DNA from: a virus
Taxonomy: Duplodnaviria > Caudoviricetes
Reading direction: 5' to 3' (one strand)
Length of the DNA: 29,723 bases
IMG/VR virus record: IMGVR_UViG_3300012953_000143
Coordinates: 1 to 29,723 of that record
Position 1 is the stretch's first letter. Every line of letters starts with the position of its first letter. The notes under the pieces were generated by a model. That model did not search any database. It saw only the letters and a program-made list of their open reading frames with translations, and was not told the origin of the DNA. Below, in pieces: positions 7,912 to 16,463 of this stretch. A program made the translations under genes and the position numbers.

Positions 7912-10900
7912 ATGTCCGAAAATATAAACATATTAAGAGAACGGAAACAGATAGAGGCAGATATTAGTGCTATCAAAAAGAAAGGGTTAGATGCCACCGA
8001 TGCCGAACTCAAACAATTACAACAATTAGAGGACAGAAAAAAATCTATTGCCAAGGCCGAGGCACAGGCACTTAAAGAAAGAAATAAATTAGAAAGTATA
8101 CATTATTCATTACAGAGTAAGGTTTCCAGTTTACAAGAAGATTTAGGAAAAAAGGTAAAGAGAAATGGTCGTTATGTATTTGAAATGGCCAAAAGTTTTA
8201 GAATAGCACAATCCAATATGGCACCTATGATAGCAGGTGGAGTGAGTTTAAAAAACACGATGGGTGACATGGGTAATTTAGTAAATAACCTGTCTGAAGG
8301 TTTCAATAAATCAGAAGGATATCTTACTGGAAATAATGATAAGGTAAAGGAACTAAACGACTCCCTTGATGCTATGGTTGAAAAGGGTGGTACGAGTATG
8401 TATCCCGATTCAGGTGATGCTGCAGCAAATATAAAAGATAGATTTCAAGAAGCAACTGATACTATGGGTACTGGTTTTGCAAATGTAATGGATTTACAAT
8501 CTGATAGTATTGGATTGGCTAAAGATATGGCGTTAAACTACGATAAAGTTGGAACGGAAGGATTTTCAAGTAGTTTAGATAAAGCAGAACAATTGGCAGA
8601 ACATACCAAACGGATGGCTAAAATAACGAGAACAGAAGTTCTTCCTGACATGAAGAGAAAAATTGCATTTATGATTAAAGAGGCGAAATTATTACCTAAA
8701 GGTTCTAAGGCCTATGAAGATACTAAAAATATCATTACTGAAATGCAAGATGATATGGAAGATTTAGAAAAGAGTACTGAAGAAATGGTTAAAACTGCAG
8801 ACCGAAATGTTGCACAAGCAGATCAAATGAGGATAGCTAACGAGGCTGTTGCTAGAGGTGCAGAACTCATATTAGGTCCTTTCCAAAAATTACAAGGATT
8901 ATTAGAGAGTGCACCTGGTGGTAAGTTCTTTTCTTCGATATTTGATGTTGAAGGTAAGATGAAATCATTTACCGATACCGTACAGAAAAATTTATTAGGT
9001 GCCGTTACACCTGACCAAGCATATTTTGATGAAACAGCAAACAGATTCAGAGATTTATCGACAGGTAAAATGATTAGTAAGGATGATGAAAAGGTTTTGA
9101 CTATAACTCAAAAAGTCAAAAGGAATGAAGATGGTTCGTTGGCAAAAGGTAAGGATGGGGAACAACTGTTTGAACCAGGAGTCGTTGATACCTCAAAACA
9201 ACTTAGTAATATTATGCAAGGAGCAAAAGACCAAGTAAATGGTCTCATGACTGCAATGCCTCAAGTTGTTGCATCATTAAAACTGGCAACTAAAGCGGCA
9301 TTTAAGTTTGCAGTAGCCGCATTATCCAATCCATATATAGCGATAGCAGCCGCAATAGTTTTAGTTGGAGTGGCACTATATAAAGCTTTTAGTTACGCTG
9401 AAGAAATGAGAAAAGAATTTGGAGCCACACGAGAAGAATCATTTGAATTACAAAGGTCGATAGATACTACCGCGATGAACTTTAAGATGATGGGTGTAAG
9501 TGCAGAAGATGTAAAGACATTAGCATCAGGTATAGCTGATAATATGGGTGGGTTACGAAATGTAACGACTGAAAGTCTTGATGCAATGGCAAATCTTGTT
9601 GGTACATTTGGAATGAGTGCTGAAAAATTAGCACCTACTCTTACTGCAATGAAAGCAATGGGAGCTAGTTCAAATGAAGCGGCAGCCGCACAATTAGAAC
9701 AAGTTGGTAATATGGCACAACTCGAAGGAGTAGCACCTGCAAAAGTATTTGAAGATATGACGGCAGATATGGAGACATTCTCCAAGTATGGTAAAGAAGG
9801 TGGAATGAACTTGGCAAAGGCATCAATAACCGCAAGAAAACTCGGTATAAGTATGGGTACGATAGCCAGTTCAGCTGATGCACTATTGGATTACGAATCC
9901 TCGATAAATGCTCAAATGGAAGCACAAGTATTGACCGGTAGAAATATAAATACCGATAAAGCTCGTGAATTAGCACTTGCAGGTGATTTAGAAGGTCAGG
10001 CTAGAGAGATAGCAAAACAAGTCGGTACTCAAGCCGAATTCGACAAGATGAATGTTGTACAAAGAGAAGCTATGGCAAAGGCTTTTGGTATGAATGTTCA
10101 AGATATGGCTAAGATGATTGCAAACCAAGAGGAATTAAACTCACTAACTGCAACCGAAAGAGCAGAACGAGAGGCATCACAGAAGAGAAGTCAAGACATA
10201 GACAAAGGTATGAAATCAATGGGTGCTGAATTAGGTAAACTATTCAACGAAATGATGGAACCGTTAAAACAAGTAATGGTATTATTAGGTCCTACCTTGG
10301 GTGTGGTACTGAAATTGTTAGCATTATCTATGAGAAATGCGTTTATGCCGATAAAATGGGCGTTGAAACTACTAAATCCAGTAATAAAAATCATTGCAGT
10401 TATTTTAGGGTATGTAATACAATGGGCTGATGCCATCCAAGAAGGAGTAGGAAAGGCTTTTGAGTATATGAAACCTACTTTGATGAAAATTGGTAAAATA
10501 ATTTTACTTATTATCATGCCACAAATAACATTGATGGTTGCAGCAGTAAGACTCATGATAAAACATTGGGACACAATAAAGCCTATTCTAATGTCCATTG
10601 GTAAATTTGCATTAAAAATGTTACTTGCACCATTAATGTTGGTATGGACCATTATTAAGACTATTGGTAAAGCTCTAATGCATATGATAATGATACCAAT
10701 TAGGATGTTTCAGTTTGCATTAAATACGATTCGTAACAATTGGGATTCGATAAAAAGTACATTGATGACGGTTGGTAAAATAGTTGGAGCAGTATTATTT
10801 CCAGGAATAGCTTTAGTGGCAGGAATAGGAACTTTGATATATAAAAATTTCGACCTAATAAAACAAACCTTGTTTTCAATTGGTTCAACAATACTAAAAG

Positions 10901-11403
10901 TTTTAGTCAGTCCTTTTGTAAATATGTATAATATGATTAAAATGGTAGGTCAAGGTTTACATAGTTTCTTTATGAGTCCTATTCAATCAATCAAAAGTCT
11001 GATATCCAACTTACTACCTAATTGGGCACTCAAACTATTAGGTATGGGTGGTGAAGATAAGGCAAAAGAAGCATCATTTGACGAAACATTTAAGTCAGAG
11101 AGAGATGCACAAGGAGCAGGTGGTGAATTTGAATACAAGGGGAAACAATACTCTACTAATTATAAAGAAGAAGGTTATGGTATAAAACCACAGAGTTCAC
11201 TAGCAGGAGCACCAAAATCATCGGATATATCAGGTACAAGAACTATAACTACTATGAGGGTACAACAAGGTCAAGTTACTGCATTCGAATCAGTTACGAA
11301 AGAAATTAAAAGAGGTAATGAAATAAATCAACGAACCGCGGATTCAACTGCACTCGGTGCAAGTCAAACAAGAAAACTAAATAGTAATATTGCAACTGGA
11401 TAA
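7912..11403 (+). CDS. Tail tape measure protein
   Basis: 1163 aa, helical, Ala/Met/Lys-rich, with hydrophobic segments and amphipathic repeats (KHWDTIK, NNWDSIK, KNFDLIK); follows the tube and chaperone genes. Confidence 0.9.
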   Translation: MSENINILRERKQIEADISAIKKKGLDATDAELKQLQQLEDRKKSIAKAEAQALKERNKLESIHYSLQSKVSSLQEDLGKKVKRNGRYVFEMAKSFRIAQSNMAPMIAGGVSLKNTMGDMGNLVNNLSEGFNKSEGYLTGNNDKVKELNDSLDAMVEKGGTSMYPDSGDAAANIKDRFQEATDTMGTGFANVMDLQSDSIGLAKDMALNYDKVGTEGFSSSLDKAEQLAEHTKRMAKITRTEVLPDMKRKIAFMIKEAKLLPKGSKAYEDTKNIITEMQDDMEDLEKSTEEMVKTADRNVAQADQMRIANEAVARGAELILGPFQKLQGLLESAPGGKFFSSIFDVEGKMKSFTDTVQKNLLGAVTPDQAYFDETANRFRDLSTGKMISKDDEKVLTITQKVKRNEDGSLAKGKDGEQLFEPGVVDTSKQLSNIMQGAKDQVNGLMTAMPQVVASLKLATKAAFKFAVAALSNPYIAIAAAIVLVGVALYKAFSYAEEMRKEFGATREESFELQRSIDTTAMNFKMMGVSAEDVKTLASGIADNMGGLRNVTTESLDAMANLVGTFGMSAEKLAPTLTAMKAMGASSNEAAAAQLEQVGNMAQLEGVAPAKVFEDMTADMETFSKYGKEGGMNLAKASITARKLGISMGTIASSADALLDYESSINAQMEAQVLTGRNINTDKARELALAGDLEGQAREIAKQVGTQAEFDKMNVVQREAMAKAFGMNVQDMAKMIANQEELNSLTATERAEREASQKRSQDIDKGMKSMGAELGKLFNEMMEPLKQVMVLLGPTLGVVLKLLALSMRNAFMPIKWALKLLNPVIKIIAVILGYVIQWADAIQEGVGKAFEYMKPTLMKIGKIILLIIMPQITLMVAAVRLMIKHWDTIKPILMSIGKFALKMLLAPLMLVWTIIKTIGKALMHMIMIPIRMFQFALNTIRNNWDSIKSTLMTVGKIVGAVLFPGIALVAGIGTLIYKNFDLIKQTLFSIGSTILKVLVSPFVNMYNMIKMVGQGLHSFFMSPIQSIKSLISNLLPNWALKLLGMGGEDKAKEASFDETFKSERDAQGAGGEFEYKGKQYSTNYKEEGYGIKPQSSLAGAPKSSDISGTRTITTMRVQQGQVTAFESVTKEIKRGNEINQRTADSTALGASQTRKLNSNIATG

Positions 11404-11407
11404 ATAA

Positions 11408-14400
11408 ATGGCACTTAAAGATTTAATAACAGATTTATCAAACTTCAAGTACACCGATTATGGTAATGCTGGAAGTAATAATTCTAATATTGAGGGTAGA
11501 CACGGAACAATTGATTCTCCCGTTGATAATTCTGATTTTGATAATGGAGTAGGTTTTGGTGTAGACCCGAACTCAACACCACAATCATTTGATGTTCGTG
11601 GATATACAATAAGTGGAAATAAAAGATTTATAGTGAATTATGGTGGTGATATTATAGACAAGACGATGAATTCTCTATACGGTACGGGAGATTTCGAATT
11701 TATATCAGGATTGGGTGGTGGAGCATCTTACTATGGAAACCTCAATACAATTACTCCAAGACAATCACTCTATCGTGATGATAGTGGAAATTACCAAGTC
11801 CCACAAGAGTTTGGAAACACATTACCTCCAGGTGGAGTTAGTGGAATACAAGGATTCAATGAAGTACAGACCACATTAAATATCGATGGTTTAACCTTTA
11901 ATGGTACGCCATTCATACCAAATGCACAAGGTAGTAGTTTTATGGTTACGCCAATTGGTGATACGAGTTATTCCAGTCCAAGTGATTCATTAACTTTGGA
12001 TGTTGGTGGTTTAACCTTTAATGGTACACCATTTATACCAAATGCTCAAGGAAGTGATTTTATGGTCACTCCAATCGGTGATACAAATCTACCAAGTAAT
12101 ACATTAACACATAATGTTGGTATGATAAATCTCACAGGTCCAACCACACAAGCATATCAAACAAGTATAAATGTAGAACCATTATCACCAAACGCACACG
12201 GAAGTGATTTCTTCACTACTCCATTGGATAATTACACAAGTCAGTTCTCATTGGATGATTACCAAACCAATATCAACAGTGGATTTGATAGAAACTTGAT
12301 GTACATATCAGATATAGGTGAACCCAATACACCAACATTTAATCAATTTACTCGTGGTGATGGTTCATTATCCGTGATTAGTTTTGGGGTACTCGGTGAT
12401 TCTTCACCTAATTTTGATCCATTTACATTTGGAACTGGACTACCCTATGTAATACCACAGCATAGTTCAACGGGTCCTACTGAATTCACGATAAGTGGTT
12501 TTGATGATACAAAATTAATAAATAATTTACACGGAAGTGATTTTATGACTCGACCATCTTTTGGAAGTCAGATTTCAACCAACACTTCCACTCATGATAT
12601 AGGTTTGATGACTTCCACTCACCCAAGTGGTATTGGTGTGGGAAATATTACAACATTAGAGACCACACAACGATATAGTAATGCACATAGTAGCACAAAT
12701 AGTATTGGTGGTTTAAATATAGATGCAAATAGTACTATTTACCAAAACATGGATAGTATTTTAGATCCTGGTTCTGATTATTTGAATCTTGGAGTGAATA
12801 ATGGTGGTGGTGTTGGACCTTCGAGAGATTTTAACACAGACAATTTTTATGATTCGTCACAGAACAGACCATCTGTTTGGCAAGATGATAAATTTGCAAC
12901 TTTTACCAATTCTGATATTTCATTAAAACCTACTGAAACTTGGGGTAACATAATTGAACCAGGTAGGGCTAACTTATTACAATATGCAATTTCACTTTTT
13001 AGTGGTGGTCCCGATAGAAAATACGACCACCCAACTGATAGATTACCTTACACATTAGATTTTGAAGGTAAAGACTTTCCACTTTTAAGTCCAGATCACC
13101 CAATTATTACGAGGGATTTTGGTCAAACATATGGAATTTCAGGTGAGGGGGTTAAAACCAGTAGAGCAGCCATAGATCAAATTAGGATTGCAAAAATATT
13201 GTTAACTACTACGGGTGTTAGATTTTACGCAAATCAACAGTTATATCAATCATTTAACCCAAGAGAAGAAACGAGAACATATAATCCTGTTGCAATGAAT
13301 GTTAGTTCAGTTCCGATGTTGAGACAAAATCGACACATTGGTGGTACTTATGAGAACGAAGGAATAGATTTTGGTGAGACTTCCATATTGACTCAATATG
13401 CTGGTGCTATTGGAGCTGATAATCCTATTAGTGATTTAATAGATATTACAGCAGAATACAGAACAACACCAGCACATAACGCAGGTATGGTGCCAAGTAT
13501 GGGTGGGAAACCACAATTGGGAGGACAACCTGAAATAATACTAAATGGTGATAACATACAATCATTAGACCCAAGTCAATTTCCAACCTCAAAAATAGAT
13601 GATAAGAAAAAATTCTATCCATTTGGTGGTGGTTATTCAATGATACCAAACCTTTTTGAAAGAACAGGCGAAGGAAGGTATTATGTTAGACTAACGGGAA
13701 CAAGTGGATATTCAACAGGAAATGAAGCAGATACAATTAGTAGTTTGGCATTACCAAAGTATTTTTATGGTGACCAAGATGGTGACCAATCCGAGTCCTC
13801 ATTATTCAAAATTAAAAAATCCTATTTAGGTGTATCAGATGGAACTCTTGGGACTACTGTCTTACATATACCTGATGTGTATCAAGGTGACCAATACAAC
13901 AAGGATAATAAATATTTTTCATCACATAATTCGTTGATAACAGACCAAGAACTCGGAATTTCCTTTCAAAAAAGAACAAGGTTGGTCACTACTGGTAAGG
14001 CTGGAATATTTCCAATAGCAACACAAAAACAAGTTTATAAAAATGTTAATGATACAATTACGATTGGAACAGACAAAAAATATCAATTGGGTACTTTTGG
14101 TGTTCCATCGGTAGATTATAAAACTCGTGGTGATAGAATAATCAATCAACAATTTGGTGGTGATGAATGGAAGAAGGGTAATAAATATTTTTCAGGTGAT
14201 AAAGGAATAATAACCAACGAGAAGTTATCAATTTCAAGTGGTAAATCGGTTCGTGGAAGTCTTAAAAGTTCAACGAAGAAGGAACACACCTCGAAAAGTT
14301 TAATGGCCTCCAAAACAAAAATTTATAAAAATTTAAATGAGGGAAGTTCAGGAGTTACATTGGGGAATCCTGAGCTTTACAAACTCACAACAACACATGG

Positions 14401-16153
14401 TGATAGGATATTTAATACCCAATTTGTAGATCAATTATATTCCAAGTACAATAAATATGAGTCAAATCCAGAAGTTTTTGGAAAGTCGGATGATAACAAG
14501 AAGATAAAAAATCTTGGAGTTGTAGCATCAATTGGTGCAAAAAAGAATATATTATTTAAAAACAAAAAAAATCAGTCATCGGAAATTACCGTAGGTAAGA
14601 AACCTATTTCGGTAATCACTCAGTTAGATATTACTGCTCCAGAAGTCAATACAACAAAATGGAAAAAATTGAACCTATTACAACCTGAAAAGGAAGTAAA
14701 GGAAGTTAGTGAGTTACAAAGAATTCAAAATAAACTAAAATCGGTTGATTCTGTTCCTTATCCAGAATCAATTTTTTACACAGATGATATCATAAAACTG
14801 AGTGAACCTGGAGTTGATAAGATAGTGTATCGAAGTGATAATGTATCTCTTGAAAAATCAACGCCTATATTTAATAAAAAGTCAATTCCATTAACAGATT
14901 TTGCACTTACTGGAAATGGTAGAGGTGGAAATCAAGGTTCGGAAGGACAGGCACTTGGTTTTTTAACTCGTAAAAATAGGTCAGATGAGCATATAGACTC
15001 TCGGTACGGTAGTCCTACTAATCCAAATAGAGAAGGATTTGGTCAAGATAGTTATCGTGAGTCATTTCTTGGAAGGTTAGTTGATGGTGTATTTGGTAAT
15101 AAAAGTGAATCTGATAAGCAAAAAACTGGACAAGATTTTAAACTTAACACAGTACCATCAGATAGAAAATTTACAGGATGGAAGAAAAAAGACAAAGCAG
15201 GGGATTTAGGTTTAACTACGGTAGTAGCCCAATTTCCTGATAACGAAAAAATTAAGAAGGGTGATGTATTAAACAAGTATAAGACTCTTGCCTATGGTCA
15301 ATTACCAAAAACAAAAACGGATGGTAATAGGTATGATAAGAAAGATATTACTGAAAAGGAATCAGTAACTAATTTACAAAAAGAAAATCCTTTATTATCT
15401 CATAAGTTTACAACATTACCTGATGGTGTTGGTAGAGTAAGATTAACTTATGGTGGAAAAACCAAGACTGATAAGACCGATCCTATCAATATGGTTCAGT
15501 ATGGTAAGGATAGTAATGATGATTACATACCTTTCAAGTTTTTCGATATAGTTAATGGAAAGTATATTGTTTTTAGGGCAACATTAAGTGGACTGAATGA
15601 ATCATATAGTCCCGAATGGAGTAGTAATCGATACATTGGTAGACCTGATCAAGTTCATGTTTATCAAGGTGTGAATCGAGAGATTTCATTTGATTTTGTG
15701 GTTGCACCATTTTCTAAACAAGAAATGTTAATTTGTTGGGAGAAATTAAATTATTTAGCCGGTATGACCTATCCAACTTGGAAAAACATTGGTTCTACTG
15801 CAAGAATGGAAGCACCATTTACTGCATTAACAATTGGTAAGATGTATGATGCTACACCTGGATATATAAATTCTTTATCTTATAATGTAGAGGATAATGT
15901 GAGTTGGGATATAGATCCGGGAGTTAAATTACCACAAGTAGTTAATGTATCGGTAACATTTACTCATATTGGTCGTCATAAATTAGCCTCACAAGGTAAA
16001 CACTATGACTTACCTTGGTTGAGAAGTTTAGATTCTGTTCCAGCTATAAGTGGTCCTCCTGAACCAAACCAAAACTTGAACTCAAGACCTTATAAATTAA
16101 GTGATACAAGAAAAGGTGATGGTGGAGTTTTTAGTGGAGTTATAAATGAGTAG
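11408..16153 (+). CDS. Large virion protein with C-terminal baseplate/tube-initiator-like domain
   Basis: 1581 aa. C-terminal ~220 aa (FRATLSGLNESYSPEW...YIGR...Y.GVNREISFDF, KLNYL, P..L.IG.MY..PGYI.SLSY, W) resembles tube-fold baseplate proteins found after tape measures. N-terminus is repetitive. Confidence 0.7.
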   Translation: MALKDLITDLSNFKYTDYGNAGSNNSNIEGRHGTIDSPVDNSDFDNGVGFGVDPNSTPQSFDVRGYTISGNKRFIVNYGGDIIDKTMNSLYGTGDFEFISGLGGGASYYGNLNTITPRQSLYRDDSGNYQVPQEFGNTLPPGGVSGIQGFNEVQTTLNIDGLTFNGTPFIPNAQGSSFMVTPIGDTSYSSPSDSLTLDVGGLTFNGTPFIPNAQGSDFMVTPIGDTNLPSNTLTHNVGMINLTGPTTQAYQTSINVEPLSPNAHGSDFFTTPLDNYTSQFSLDDYQTNINSGFDRNLMYISDIGEPNTPTFNQFTRGDGSLSVISFGVLGDSSPNFDPFTFGTGLPYVIPQHSSTGPTEFTISGFDDTKLINNLHGSDFMTRPSFGSQISTNTSTHDIGLMTSTHPSGIGVGNITTLETTQRYSNAHSSTNSIGGLNIDANSTIYQNMDSILDPGSDYLNLGVNNGGGVGPSRDFNTDNFYDSSQNRPSVWQDDKFATFTNSDISLKPTETWGNIIEPGRANLLQYAISLFSGGPDRKYDHPTDRLPYTLDFEGKDFPLLSPDHPIITRDFGQTYGISGEGVKTSRAAIDQIRIAKILLTTTGVRFYANQQLYQSFNPREETRTYNPVAMNVSSVPMLRQNRHIGGTYENEGIDFGETSILTQYAGAIGADNPISDLIDITAEYRTTPAHNAGMVPSMGGKPQLGGQPEIILNGDNIQSLDPSQFPTSKIDDKKKFYPFGGGYSMIPNLFERTGEGRYYVRLTGTSGYSTGNEADTISSLALPKYFYGDQDGDQSESSLFKIKKSYLGVSDGTLGTTVLHIPDVYQGDQYNKDNKYFSSHNSLITDQELGISFQKRTRLVTTGKAGIFPIATQKQVYKNVNDTITIGTDKKYQLGTFGVPSVDYKTRGDRIINQQFGGDEWKKGNKYFSGDKGIITNEKLSISSGKSVRGSLKSSTKKEHTSKSLMASKTKIYKNLNEGSSGVTLGNPELYKLTTTHGDRIFNTQFVDQLYSKYNKYESNPEVFGKSDDNKKIKNLGVVASIGAKKNILFKNKKNQSSEITVGKKPISVITQLDITAPEVNTTKWKKLNLLQPEKEVKEVSELQRIQNKLKSVDSVPYPESIFYTDDIIKLSEPGVDKIVYRSDNVSLEKSTPIFNKKSIPLTDFALTGNGRGGNQGSEGQALGFLTRKNRSDEHIDSRYGSPTNPNREGFGQDSYRESFLGRLVDGVFGNKSESDKQKTGQDFKLNTVPSDRKFTGWKKKDKAGDLGLTTVVAQFPDNEKIKKGDVLNKYKTLAYGQLPKTKTDGNRYDKKDITEKESVTNLQKENPLLSHKFTTLPDGVGRVRLTYGGKTKTDKTDPINMVQYGKDSNDDYIPFKFFDIVNGKYIVFRATLSGLNESYSPEWSSNRYIGRPDQVHVYQGVNREISFDFVVAPFSKQEMLICWEKLNYLAGMTYPTWKNIGSTARMEAPFTALTIGKMYDATPGYINSLSYNVEDNVSWDIDPGVKLPQVVNVSVTFTHIGRHKLASQGKHYDLPWLRSLDSVPAISGPPEPNQNLNSRPYKLSDTRKGDGGVFSGVINE
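11887..12084 (+). repeat. Intragenic direct repeat, 120-nt period (11887-11964 / 12007-12084)
   Basis: Both copies encode GLTFNGTPFIPNAQGS(S/D)FMVTPIGDT. Confidence 0.9.
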
Positions 16154-16460
16154 ATATAAAAATACAGTAATAAAAAATGATAAAGTAACTGGTAATAGAG
16201 TATATGGAGTAACAATGTATCCTGAAATACCAATTACAGACCAAGACCAATTTGTTTATCCTATCGATGGTGATAGATTAGAAAATCTTGCACATAGATA
16301 TTATCAAGACTCTACACTTTGGTGGGTAATAGCACAAGCTAATAAATTAAGAGATGGGAGTTTTGCACTTAACCCATCTAAACAATATAGAGTACCTGGT
16401 AATATACAAGATATACTTTCGGAGTTTAGAAGATTAAATCGAGAATTTTTAAATAGGTAA
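16146..16460 (+). CDS. LysM-like baseplate wedge protein (gp53/gpX-like)
   Basis: GDRLENLAHRYYQDSTLWWVIAQAN is the LysM-type motif typical of myophage baseplates. Confidence 0.88.
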   Translation: MSRYKNTVIKNDKVTGNRVYGVTMYPEIPITDQDQFVYPIDGDRLENLAHRYYQDSTLWWVIAQANKLRDGSFALNPSKQYRVPGNIQDILSEFRRLNREFLNR

Positions 16461-16463
16461 GTT

